Part shown: piece by piece, positions 31,526 to 40,924 of the stretch
How positions within the stretch are numbered: the first letter of the stretch is position 1
How the letters are laid out: each line of letters opens with the position of its first letter
Origin: a virus
Virus record (IMG/VR): IMGVR_UViG_3300003690_002850
Coordinates: 32,001-96,000 of that record
Direction: 5' to 3' (one strand)
DNA length: 64,000 nucleotides
Program-made: the position numbers and the translations under genes
Notes under the pieces: model-generated
Databases searched by the model: none
Told to the model about the DNA's origin: nothing
What the model saw: only the letters and a program-made list of their open reading frames with translations

Positions 31526-32422
31526 TTATCCTTTGTAATTAATTCTTAAAGCCCAAAAACAAGCAGAATCTATTGATTGTTTTTTCATATCTCCTTTAAT
31601 CGATTTTTTTAATCGGTCGTTATATTTATCTGGGTGTGTTTTTCTTTTGTCGGGGTGCCCAAACATTGATTGTGTAATATATTTAAAATGAAGATTATTA
31701 CAATCTTCACCGCAAAGCCCGAAGATTTTAATATCACAAAAATCTTTAAATAGATTTATTATTTTATTAAGAGCATTTTGACCGTATTGTCTATAACCGT
31801 GAGTTAGATATAGTCTAAGACTTTCCGGTGCTGGTACTAAATGTACTTGAGTAACAGGTTTTTTGTTTTTTAAAATATATTCTTTTATTTGTGTAAAAAT
31901 TTCTAAATCATATTTTATATGTTCTAACGCAGATTGAGACATAAAGAAATTTATTTTTTCTGGGAAAAATGATTTTAAATTATCGATATTTTTATCAATG
32001 TCTAATTTTATAAAAGATGCATTAGTATAATTTTTCCATTTAGAAGATTCTTGTAAATCTATACCAGTATAAGATGATATAGATTTATTAGACCATTCAT
32101 ATAATTTTTTAAAATAACTTCCCGATCCACATCCAAAATCTAAGATATTTATTTCTCCTAACGTTTTTTTAATTTCTCGCCAATCAATATTCATCCAGAA
32201 TAAATTGCTTACCGTTCTCGAGGGAGATGAACCAACTTGGCCGAGTTTATTAAATGAATTATTTAATTGATTTTCATTAAGAGTAAAGGTTTTAATTGGA
32301 AAGGGGGCTGCGGGTTGATTATTAGCTTCTTCATTTAAGCGAACATATAATTTAAGCCGGTCTACGGTCTCTACTGGTTTGTCTCCATTTATATATGTTG
32401 ATGTTGTTGATCTCTCTCTCAC
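31526..32422 (-). CDS. Class I SAM-dependent methyltransferase
   Basis: ILDFGCGSG, YTGIDL, SALEHI. Confidence 0.82.
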   Translation of the reverse strand: MRERSTTSTYINGDKPVETVDRLKLYVRLNEEANNQPAAPFPIKTFTLNENQLNNSFNKLGQVGSSPSRTVSNLFWMNIDWREIKKTLGEINILDFGCGSGSYFKKLYEWSNKSISSYTGIDLQESSKWKNYTNASFIKLDIDKNIDNLKSFFPEKINFFMSQSALEHIKYDLEIFTQIKEYILKNKKPVTQVHLVPAPESLRLYLTHGYRQYGQNALNKIINLFKDFCDIKIFGLCGEDCNNLHFKYITQSMFGHPDKRKTHPDKYNDRLKKSIKGDMKKQSIDSACFWALRINYKG

Positions 32423-32438
32423 TATGCTTTGTAGGTAT

Positions 32439-33791
32439 TTACATCACTCTTCCGAATTGTACAGCATCATTTTCCGCAGTATTTACATCTTCATTAACAT
32501 TTAAATCGTTATTCTCCGTAAGAGTAAGAGTATTATAATCTATAGAGACTCGAGTACTACCTGTATTAGAACCAAATCGGTTTTTAATAATACCTATATG
32601 AAGCGCAGCATCTTCTTCATCTTCTTCTGTTCTCCAAATACTTACTATGACATCTGCAGTAGCACCTAATCCGTAACTTTCTCCAATCGCCTCTAATCCA
32701 GGACCTCCTGCATTATTACCTGTTCCGTATCCTGTTCTATTTACTTGTGTAGCAGATATAATTGGACATTCAAAAGTATATGACATTGCTCTTATTTGTT
32801 CAGATATACTCTTTATTCGTTCATAAGAATTATTACCATATGTACTTGCTAAAAGATTTAAATAATCGAGTACTATAATATCAGGTTTAAATTTCTTATT
32901 AATTAATTTTTTAATAAAACCTTCAAGCTGAATAGGTGTAATAGAGCTTGGAGCGAATTCTTTAATTATGATATTTGCTCTAGGATGGGTTATTTTAAAT
33001 TTACCTACCTTTTCTCTTAATTCTTCTACGTGATCGTCTAAGTGATTTATAGGTAATCCAGTAAGTTTAGATGTAATTCTTTTACAATAAATCATTTCTG
33101 ACATTTCAAGAGAAACAACTAAAACATTTTTATCTTGTGCCGCAGCATTACTTGCTATGTTACTTAAAAATATAGACTTTCCGACATTAGTAGGCCCAGC
33201 AAAAATATACATACTACGGCCCTGTTCTAGGAAACCTCCTCCTAGTCTCTCATCAAGCCAATCCCATCCAGTTTTAATTTTTTCTTCACGTGTTGTTAAA
33301 TCAGTAATATGTTGTTCTACATCTTTAAAATAATTATGACCTGCATTTGCAGTAATAGAAATATTACATGCTTTTGAGAATTTATCGTAAATAGTTTTTA
33401 CATCTCTTTCTTTATTATCAATGATTTCTAAAAATGTATTAAATACAGCTTGTTCTTGTAAGAATTTCTCTGTATAAGAAAGTAATATATCGTTAGATAA
33501 TTCTACTTTTAAAACATCAGTAATTTTCTTACTTGCTTCATAGTGTTGTTTGAGTTGAGATGTATTTAAATATAATTGTAATTCAGTGAGAGTTGGTCGT
33601 CTATTATTTTTTCGATAAAGAGCTTGTATTATTTTAATTATTTGTTGAAAATCTTTATTTTTAAAAAATTTATAATTAAGATTATCAATAATAGAATTTA
33701 GATAAACTTCGTCTTCAAGACAATTCTTAAAAACTACCTTTTCTAAATATTCTAAATCTATATCTAAGTAATTACTTTCGTTTGTTAGCAT
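32439..33791 (-). CDS. Replicative DNA helicase (gp41/DnaB-like)
   Basis: GPTNVGKS, SLEMSE, VLDYLNL, SATQVNR, KNRFG. Confidence 0.95.
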   Translation of the reverse strand: MLTNESNYLDIDLEYLEKVVFKNCLEDEVYLNSIIDNLNYKFFKNKDFQQIIKIIQALYRKNNRRPTLTELQLYLNTSQLKQHYEASKKITDVLKVELSNDILLSYTEKFLQEQAVFNTFLEIIDNKERDVKTIYDKFSKACNISITANAGHNYFKDVEQHITDLTTREEKIKTGWDWLDERLGGGFLEQGRSMYIFAGPTNVGKSIFLSNIASNAAAQDKNVLVVSLEMSEMIYCKRITSKLTGLPINHLDDHVEELREKVGKFKITHPRANIIIKEFAPSSITPIQLEGFIKKLINKKFKPDIIVLDYLNLLASTYGNNSYERIKSISEQIRAMSYTFECPIISATQVNRTGYGTGNNAGGPGLEAIGESYGLGATADVIVSIWRTEEDEEDAALHIGIIKNRFGSNTGSTRVSIDYNTLTLTENNDLNVNEDVNTAENDAVQFGRVM

Positions 33792-34473
33792 GTTCTAACA
33801 GAGCATTATAGAAGTAGTCTTCTGATTTGCTATATTCTTCTGTGTGGTTGAGTAACCCGGGTGATTCATGAATAATGTGAATAGGAGCTGTTGTTAAGCG
33901 CAAACCGGCTAAATGACAATCTAAGGAAAATTTTAAATCATAATAATGGAATCCTTTAAGATTAGTATCAAATTTTACTTTTTTCTGAGAAATTGATTTT
34001 GTTCGAACTGCAAAAAACACACCATCTAATAATATTACTTCTTTAGGTGTTTGTCCGAAGATTGTAGGAGCATAATCTGTATTATTATAATAATGTGACA
34101 CTATCCCAGACATAGTATCTGTCTTACATAATAAATGCCATAAACAAGGTTTTTGAACTTGTAACTTACTTCCTCCAGCGACGCCGATAATATCAAATCC
34201 TCGCTTAAACGAATTACGAATTTCTACTAAGAAATTTATGCTATCAATAAATACATCATCATGTACAAAAAGAATACAGTCATATTTTTTAAAATTCTCT
34301 GGTATAAGATAATTATTATAAACGGCACACAGTCCACTAGTATTTTGATATGTAGGCTGTAAGTCGAAAGTAGTTATAGTGTTTTCTTCGTGATGATTTA
34401 AGCTTTTATATAATCTAGTTGTTTTAAAGCTAGACTCAGTAGTTTCAGTTGCGACTGCTATTAGAGTTTTCAT
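33772..34473 (-). CDS. GT-A fold glycosyltransferase-like protein (GT2-related)
   Basis: GLCAVYN, LFVHDDV, IIGVAG, LDGVFFAV, FHYYDLKFSL. Confidence 0.75.
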   Translation of the reverse strand: MKTLIAVATETTESSFKTTRLYKSLNHHEENTITTFDLQPTYQNTSGLCAVYNNYLIPENFKKYDCILFVHDDVFIDSINFLVEIRNSFKRGFDIIGVAGGSKLQVQKPCLWHLLCKTDTMSGIVSHYYNNTDYAPTIFGQTPKEVILLDGVFFAVRTKSISQKKVKFDTNLKGFHYYDLKFSLDCHLAGLRLTTAPIHIIHESPGLLNHTEEYSKSEDYFYNALLEHANKRK

Positions 34474-35108
34474 ATAAAAAACGGAGAATTACATTCAAAC
34501 TTTTGTTTTTGGAGGAATTTATTTTTACTAAAATTAAATTCATATATTATTCCTTCTTCTACTAATTTCCATCCAGGTAATTGAATAGAACTAAAAGACT
34601 TATCATCAGTAAATAACGTTGATCCAGATCTAAAAATTTGTAATCTACCCATGTTTGGTTCATACATCCAACATCCAAATGTACCATCAATCTCTGATAA
34701 TGCGTTTTTAATACCGGACATATATATCAATGGTAATATTACGCTACTATCAACCTTATTTGTTTTACCTTTAAGTTCATATTTTTCTTGTAATTCATTA
34801 AAATTTTGTAATACTCCGTTGTGCGCTAAATATGTATTTTTATACGTAAATGGATGAGAAGTATCAGGATCAAATGTTCTAATTTCTGATGTAGGAGATT
34901 GTACATGTCCTAGATAATATATACAAAAAGTATTTTTTTCTATGTGTCTATCAAAATCTTGTTCGTATTTTGTTGCTACTTTAATGTCATTTTTCATCCC
35001 TCCCGGGAACAACATTGTTACGCTACGTACAAAGTTACCTCTTTCAGAGTTTTTTGCATATAACTCTCTAAAAGTTTTAATATTAGTTGAGCCAAAAATT
35101 CCACACAT
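34470..35108 (-). CDS. Class II (Ntn) glutamine amidotransferase
   Basis: N-terminal MCGIFG, LGH...PT, SHPF, AHNG, DS. Confidence 0.85.
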   Translation of the reverse strand: MCGIFGSTNIKTFRELYAKNSERGNFVRSVTMLFPGGMKNDIKVATKYEQDFDRHIEKNTFCIYYLGHVQSPTSEIRTFDPDTSHPFTYKNTYLAHNGVLQNFNELQEKYELKGKTNKVDSSVILPLIYMSGIKNALSEIDGTFGCWMYEPNMGRLQIFRSGSTLFTDDKSFSSIQLPGWKLVEEGIIYEFNFSKNKFLQKQKFECNSPFFI

Positions 35109-35109
35109 A

Positions 35110-36066
35110 TCACTTTAATTGTATGAACTTTACACCCGAAAAGCAACTTAAATCTTTTCCACCTGCATAAGAAATAGAGCTTTTAAGAGCCTTTTCGATT
35201 TCTTTTAATCTAATATTATATTCTGGCGCTAAATCTATTTCTATTTGCTTCCCTTCAACAAAATTTAATTTATTTCTTTTTTGAGTATATGATGTACTAC
35301 CATAATATTGTTTATGTCCGTTAATATGTTTTGCGGGAGAGTCAATACACCCTGCAAAAAAAGATCCAGCCATTACACAATCTGCTCCAGCAACTAAAGC
35401 TTTTGCAATATCTCCAAATTCTCTACATCCACCATCAGCCATTATTTTAGCTTTTGTTTTATGTGAGCTAATTTTTAATAATATTGAAAACATAGGTGTC
35501 CCAAAACCGGTCTTATACCGCGTAGTACAAATAACTCCAGATCCAATTCCTACTTTAATAACATCTGCTCCTGCATCTTCTAAAAATTGAAACCCATCGT
35601 ATGTTCCAACGTTACCGGCAATAACTATTGAATTAGGAAAATATTTTTTAACAAACTCAATCATATTACCGACTTTTTGGTGATGACCGTGAGCTACATC
35701 AATTGTAATAATATCAATTTTATATTTATTAAGTATAATAGCTTCTAATTGCTCATATGAATCTCGGTTTACTCCTATACTAACGCTTACACAATTACAA
35801 TTAAGGTCATTAAGTTTCTGTACTGTTTCAAATATATTATCAAACCGATGCATAATATAAAAATAATTATTATCATCTAATTGCTTACAGAGTTCGATAT
35901 CTATTACTGTTTTCATATTAGACGGAACTACTGGTAGGTTAAATGAAAACTTTCCTAACTTAAAAGATGTGTCAGCAGCGTTTCGAGTATCTAATTGACT
36001 GTATTTTGGTACTAATAAAATATCAGAATATTCTAATTCTTTACCACGGTATATCTGTTCGCTCAT
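35110..36066 (-). CDS. guaC: GMP reductase (IMPDH/GMPR family, no CBS domain)
   Basis: PVVPSNM, FYIMHRF, IDVAHGH, AGNV, KVGIGSGVICTT, ADGG, VEGK. Confidence 0.88.
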   Translation of the reverse strand: MSEQIYRGKELEYSDILLVPKYSQLDTRNAADTSFKLGKFSFNLPVVPSNMKTVIDIELCKQLDDNNYFYIMHRFDNIFETVQKLNDLNCNCVSVSIGVNRDSYEQLEAIILNKYKIDIITIDVAHGHHQKVGNMIEFVKKYFPNSIVIAGNVGTYDGFQFLEDAGADVIKVGIGSGVICTTRYKTGFGTPMFSILLKISSHKTKAKIMADGGCREFGDIAKALVAGADCVMAGSFFAGCIDSPAKHINGHKQYYGSTSYTQKRNKLNFVEGKQIEIDLAPEYNIRLKEIEKALKSSISYAGGKDLSCFSGVKFIQLK

Positions 36067-36727
36067 ATTCTATTGGGTCTTTCAGTTTATTGTCTAAAAA
36101 TCCTTGTATACGAGAACTGCACGCAGTACAATAACCACATGCTAATTCTTTTCCTTCGTAACACGTCCAAGTGTCTTCGAATCTTACACCGTTATCTAGT
36201 CCGAGACTAATAATTTCTTTTTTGGATAGATTAATTAATGGCGCTTCTATTTTAATTCTATTTTTACGGTTTAAAGCAGTTAAATGATTAATTTGTTCTA
36301 AAAACTCTGCACTACCGTCCCAATACCCTGCTTGACTGTCTACAAGAGCGGATCCATGATACACCGTTTCTGCTCCAACAGATTCTGCATATGAACAAGC
36401 AATCGATAACATCATCATATTTCTAAATGGCACATAATTAACAGTTTGGGCATCCCCTAGAACATCTTTCGTATGAGCGACTTTAATTTTATTGTTTGTT
36501 AAAGAAGAAGTATTAGCAATTTTTTTGAAAAATTGTATATCTAATATTTTGTGTTGTTCAATAGTGTCATAGTTAATTAATTGAAAGCCGGCGCATTGGA
36601 TTTCTTTACGATGCTTTTGACCATAATCAAAAGTTATTGCATATATTTCTGACGCCGCTCGTGCTACTATGCTTAGTATTACGGAACTATCTAAACCACC
36701 TGAAATGGGTACAACAGCTTTACTCAT
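36041..36727 (-). CDS. queC: 7-cyano-7-deazaguanine synthase
   Basis: SGGLDS, FDYGQKH, YVPFRN, TWTCY...CGYCTAC. Confidence 0.93.
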   Translation of the reverse strand: MSKAVVPISGGLDSSVILSIVARAASEIYAITFDYGQKHRKEIQCAGFQLINYDTIEQHKILDIQFFKKIANTSSLTNNKIKVAHTKDVLGDAQTVNYVPFRNMMMLSIACSYAESVGAETVYHGSALVDSQAGYWDGSAEFLEQINHLTALNRKNRIKIEAPLINLSKKEIISLGLDNGVRFEDTWTCYEGKELACGYCTACSSRIQGFLDNKLKDPIEYERTDIPW

Positions 36728-37808
36728 CTTCTTGTTCTAATATAGCGGAGTCACCTAATGATTTACCATATCGGTATTGCTCACTTATAGAACATTCTAT
36801 CTTAGGTAATATATTATTCCACACTTCCTCGTCTTTGCGCCAATTTTTATAGTATCCTAATTTTTTATCTCCCATGGTATATGTAGAACCATTTTGTTGA
36901 ATAACTCCATGAGCCACGGCAACATCTTTTAATCCAGAATATTTATCTAAACCTGTTTTAAAGTTTAAATATGCTTCTGCTTGTAAAAATGCAGGGATAA
37001 ATCTATTCTTTATAGTTAGCATTCGAAGAGTAACTCCCGAATAGTTTCTGCTTTCAGTTAACGCTTCGTCGTCATCGTTTGCTGCGTCTGTTCTTTCTTT
37101 TTTAGCAGCCATTTGGACTAATATAGAAGCCATGTACATAGGACCAGATCCCCCAGCTTGGCGCTTGACTAAGGTAGGATGGAGTGCACCAGGGTCAGCA
37201 TATGTATGATTACTACATATAATAGTTGTACCAGTTACGGCAGCTTTATATGTAATAATACGCATCATGGATTTAAGCTGTTTAGCTCTGAGCCCCATGT
37301 CCATGGCTCCTTTATTAGCCTCAGCGTCAGCAATTTCTTTTGAAGATGCTAAATTTCCAAGAGAATCAATTGATATAATAAATTTTCCGTGAAGTTCCGG
37401 TTCTTCTTCAACACCGTCGAGAAGTGCCATAATTTGATTACGACAGTTTTCAACAGTATCAACAGGAACATATTTTACATTTGAAACATCTAGGCCTACA
37501 TTTTCAGCTCCTTCTTTTTCAATTGCGACTTCAGTATCAAATATTACTGGGACCATTCCGGTTTTTTGAGCCTTGGCGAGAATTTTATTTAAAATAAAAG
37601 TCTTACCACATTGAGCTTCACCAGCGAAAATTGTTATTCTACCTTTAGGGACTCCTCCATATAGGGATCCAGATAAAATAGAATTTAATACTAAGCACCC
37701 TGTATCAATCCACTCAGTTACATTACTAAGTGTGTTTCCTTCAAGAGTAGTCGCATTTTTATTAAGCTTTTGTAATTTAGCAAAAGCCTTGTCAACAAGA
37801 TTTGACAT
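36720..37808 (-). CDS. uvsX: RecA-like recombinase UvsX
   Basis: IDTG, GEAQCGKT, IDSLGNL, DMGLRAK, NHTY, GGSG. Confidence 0.93.
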   Translation of the reverse strand: MSNLVDKAFAKLQKLNKNATTLEGNTLSNVTEWIDTGCLVLNSILSGSLYGGVPKGRITIFAGEAQCGKTFILNKILAKAQKTGMVPVIFDTEVAIEKEGAENVGLDVSNVKYVPVDTVENCRNQIMALLDGVEEEPELHGKFIISIDSLGNLASSKEIADAEANKGAMDMGLRAKQLKSMMRIITYKAAVTGTTIICSNHTYADPGALHPTLVKRQAGGSGPMYMASILVQMAAKKERTDAANDDDEALTESRNYSGVTLRMLTIKNRFIPAFLQAEAYLNFKTGLDKYSGLKDVAVAHGVIQQNGSTYTMGDKKLGYYKNWRKDEEVWNNILPKIECSISEQYRYGKSLGDSAILEQEDE

Positions 37809-37809
37809 A

Positions 37810-38199
37810 TTAATCCCCGGATGATGTATCTCCGGATGATGTATCTTCCTCGAATAATGTTACTTCAGGTATGTCTCCTTCAGATAAAGCTACTACAGGA
37901 GGCTCTGGGCTCGGCTCTTGTTTAACATTAATTTTAGCATGATAATGTATTAATATTTTATCTGAAATAGTGACTTCTACTTCTGTATATTGAGAATTAG
38001 CATATTTAAAGACAGGAGGTTCGCCGCTAGAAAATTCAGTAAAAAATAATGGCATGACATCGACTTTCATATTTGCAGCATCATTCGGTGTTACCATAAT
38101 CATTGCCGGTGATTTAACTCTTAAAAATGAATCTGCTCGTTCTACTACTTCCCCGAAACAAGTCCTACCTATACTATCAACGTATGTAATGATATCCAT
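37810..38199 (-). CDS. Hypothetical protein (Sm-like beta pattern)
   Basis: 129 aa; 15-bp tandem duplication CCGGATGATGTATCT at the 3' end. Confidence 0.6.
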   Translation of the reverse strand: MDIITYVDSIGRTCFGEVVERADSFLRVKSPAMIMVTPNDAANMKVDVMPLFFTEFSSGEPPVFKYANSQYTEVEVTISDKILIHYHAKINVKQEPSPEPPVVALSEGDIPEVTLFEEDTSSGDTSSGD

Positions 38200-38205
38200 G
38201 TAATT

Positions 38206-38233
38206 ATTATATTATAAGGTTTTTAATTTGCAA
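38206..38233 (-). promoter_or_regulatory. Sigma70-like promoter of the uvsX-queC-guaC-gat-GT-helicase operon
   Basis: TTGCAA-N16-TATAAT, 6 nt before ATG 38199. Confidence 0.6.
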
Positions 38234-40886
38234 CAGGTACTTTAAAGAAATCAAATAAGTCTGTATTAACAGCTTGTCCTGGTCGAAATGACTTCCAATT
38301 TACATTATCATAAAACCTATCAATAACACTGTATACAATTTTTTCAAACATTTTTTCGTAGTCTATTTTAAAGTCTTGTTCGAATTCTGAAGGTATATCA
38401 TATTTAAACCCTAGCGAATTTAAACCAAATTTGTTAGGGGTTACTGTATAAAAATATCTTATTTTATCACCAGAACTAATATATTCATGCTTTTTAGAAA
38501 TATGATAATGATCTAGAAGCTTGTTGTAATATATAGAGGACTTAACATGAATTGGTGTTCCTTTTTTGACTACCCAGCCTTTAGTATGTACGCTATATTT
38601 TTCATATTCTTTAACACCCATTACAAATGCAATATCTTTTATAGATAATGACTTAAAAATTTCATATGTCTCTTCGAAGATTTCATTTGTAGTATTTTGA
38701 TTCTCAGTCATAATCATATGCTCAATGATCTTTTTCACATATGGTTTAATCGCATTAGGCATAGTGGTTCGAACCACTTCTACACCGGTATATTTGAACT
38801 TATTACATACTACTCCTTCATCGTCTAATTTGTGTAACACATATCGTTTCTTTTGTAAGAATACTCCTCTATCACAAATAGACTCTCTTTTAAATTCAAA
38901 TCTAGGATCATTAGTTAATAGGGTTTGTCGTGCCCATTTTTCAATATTTACGTTTAAATCGTCTTCTATATCTTGAACAAGAGTATATACTTTTTCGTTA
39001 ATATTATTATTTGTATGTAACGGAATACCCATGTGTTCTAATAATGGAGTGATCGTACAATATAAACTATCTGTGTCATTATAGAGGATTGGATCGTGTT
39101 TTTCGAGGTCTTTATCAGTTAAATTAGTTTTTCTTTTAATATAATTTCTTAAAATAATATTGCTTTGTTTTATAACATCTCTTCCTGTCAGAGTAATTGA
39201 TCGTGCAATATCGCCGTCGGCCATAGCGGATATTTTATTGCCAAAATAACCATAAATGCGGTTAATAAGGATTTTTAACGTAAATTGCCAAATCCAAAGT
39301 TGATCAATTTTGAACTGAATGTCTTTGATTTTTTTCTGTAATGCTGCTATTTTATCTTTATCTTTCTCCTTCTTAAGCTTTATTGATAACTGGTGTTTTT
39401 GTTCACGAGCTTCGGTCCATTGTTGTTTTTTACCTTTTCTTATATTATAGAAATGATCAGTGATTCGCGGAAAAATTCCTTTGGTTTTTTGTGAAAAAAG
39501 TTTTTTGGCTCTTGTTACTGCAATTTCATTCTTAGTACACCATTTGTTAAAGTCCCCATAAGACATCTCAATATCCTTGTTATTTACCGTCTTTATATAT
39601 ACTTTATCTTTATCTTTATCAGTACCGACGATGCTTCCTATTTTAGTTTCTGGGCTCAAGTTAAGAGATATCATCACACTAGGGTATAGAGAATTAGCAT
39701 CAAATGATATAATATTCTCTTGGAAACCGGGTGTTGGCTCACTTACATATGCACCTTCGTATTTGCCGGTACGGTCGTCACCTTTTATAAAAGTTGGAAT
39801 GATACGAGGTGGGTCTAACTTTCTTGCTTCAACAATTGCACGACCGTTTACTGTACTAATAGTACCAAGAGCCGCGTTAAATGGGGTTAATCCTATGTAT
39901 GATAACATTCTTGCCAGGTCCATGTACATAAGCTTAGCTTCAAGTTTAACCAGCAGCCTTACATCATGAATATTGTAGTCTACAAACTTGTCCCAATCAT
40001 TGATAGACAGCGTTGCAAGGTTAGTTTCTCCTATATCTACCTTGTTCTCTCCTAGTTCTATGTGAGCTATGTTATCTAGCTTATAACTGTCTTTCATGCC
40101 CAGACTGAAGGTTTTATACACATCAAGATAATCTAGCATTGATACCCCTTCAACCACGTATTTTGATGTTTGTCTACCAAAATTACCACGATACACTCGT
40201 TGGTAGATTGGCTTCATGATCTCATCATGTACGGGTGAAAATAACCGAGTTGAGTCTTCGCCTAGTATGTTTCTAACTCGGTTAATTACATACGGAATAT
40301 CGAAAACCTCACTTGCCCACCCAGATAAAATATCAGGTCGCTCTTTGCAATAAAAGTCTAAAAATTTCCGTAATAACTCGGTTTCGGTCTTACAATGAAC
40401 ATATTTTACGTCATCTGATTTTGGTTTATATTCATTAATCCCCCATGTAAAGTACATTTTTTCTACAGTATCATACACTGTGATTACGTTAATAGGATGA
40501 CTTGCTTCTTCTGGTTTTGGAAACTCATCAGGGGAATATGTTTCAATATCAAAGAACCAAATTTTTAGTGGAAATTTATTAAAATTATCGTTTTCATGTA
40601 CTTCCCAAAACCTATCAACTAAAAATTGTTGATAGGGAGAAATATTCTCATAAATTTTATGATCATTGAGGTCACTAATTTTTTTTCTTCTATCTAATTC
40701 GCTTGTTGCTGTAACTTTACGAAGTTTTGTACCATATAACGATGTTCCGTCATATCTATTTGAGTTCGTCTCATAGTAGAAATATGGCTGATAAGGGCAA
40801 TCAGTTTCGATTCTAACACCGTCTTCGTCCCATGTATACAGCCGCATCACACGTTGATTTGGTATGTATGCTAAGTTTCTATACAT
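38223..40886 (-). CDS. Family B DNA polymerase (gp43-like)
   Basis: Exonuclease DIETY, FDIPY, YNIHDV; polymerase DANSLYPS, KILINRIYG, YNDTDS, KKRY. Confidence 0.96.
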   Translation of the reverse strand: MYRNLAYIPNQRVMRLYTWDEDGVRIETDCPYQPYFYYETNSNRYDGTSLYGTKLRKVTATSELDRRKKISDLNDHKIYENISPYQQFLVDRFWEVHENDNFNKFPLKIWFFDIETYSPDEFPKPEEASHPINVITVYDTVEKMYFTWGINEYKPKSDDVKYVHCKTETELLRKFLDFYCKERPDILSGWASEVFDIPYVINRVRNILGEDSTRLFSPVHDEIMKPIYQRVYRGNFGRQTSKYVVEGVSMLDYLDVYKTFSLGMKDSYKLDNIAHIELGENKVDIGETNLATLSINDWDKFVDYNIHDVRLLVKLEAKLMYMDLARMLSYIGLTPFNAALGTISTVNGRAIVEARKLDPPRIIPTFIKGDDRTGKYEGAYVSEPTPGFQENIISFDANSLYPSVMISLNLSPETKIGSIVGTDKDKDKVYIKTVNNKDIEMSYGDFNKWCTKNEIAVTRAKKLFSQKTKGIFPRITDHFYNIRKGKKQQWTEAREQKHQLSIKLKKEKDKDKIAALQKKIKDIQFKIDQLWIWQFTLKILINRIYGYFGNKISAMADGDIARSITLTGRDVIKQSNIILRNYIKRKTNLTDKDLEKHDPILYNDTDSLYCTITPLLEHMGIPLHTNNNINEKVYTLVQDIEDDLNVNIEKWARQTLLTNDPRFEFKRESICDRGVFLQKKRYVLHKLDDEGVVCNKFKYTGVEVVRTTMPNAIKPYVKKIIEHMIMTENQNTTNEIFEETYEIFKSLSIKDIAFVMGVKEYEKYSVHTKGWVVKKGTPIHVKSSIYYNKLLDHYHISKKHEYISSGDKIRYFYTVTPNKFGLNSLGFKYDIPSEFEQDFKIDYEKMFEKIVYSVIDRFYDNVNWKSFRPGQAVNTDLFDFFKVPVAN

Positions 40887-40893
40887 TTTTTAT

Positions 40894-40924
40894 AGTATAG
40901 GGAATCTAGAAAATAAATCAACTA
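40894..40924 (-). promoter_or_regulatory. Sigma70-like promoter of the DNA polymerase gene
   Basis: TAGTTGATTT with TTGATT-N16-TATACT, 7 nt before ATG. Confidence 0.65.

Noticed and set aside
37817-37846. 15-bp tandem duplication (DTSSGDTSSGD) and the poly-Gln run at about 28523-28568
   Set aside because: Simple slippage in disordered tails with no sign of function
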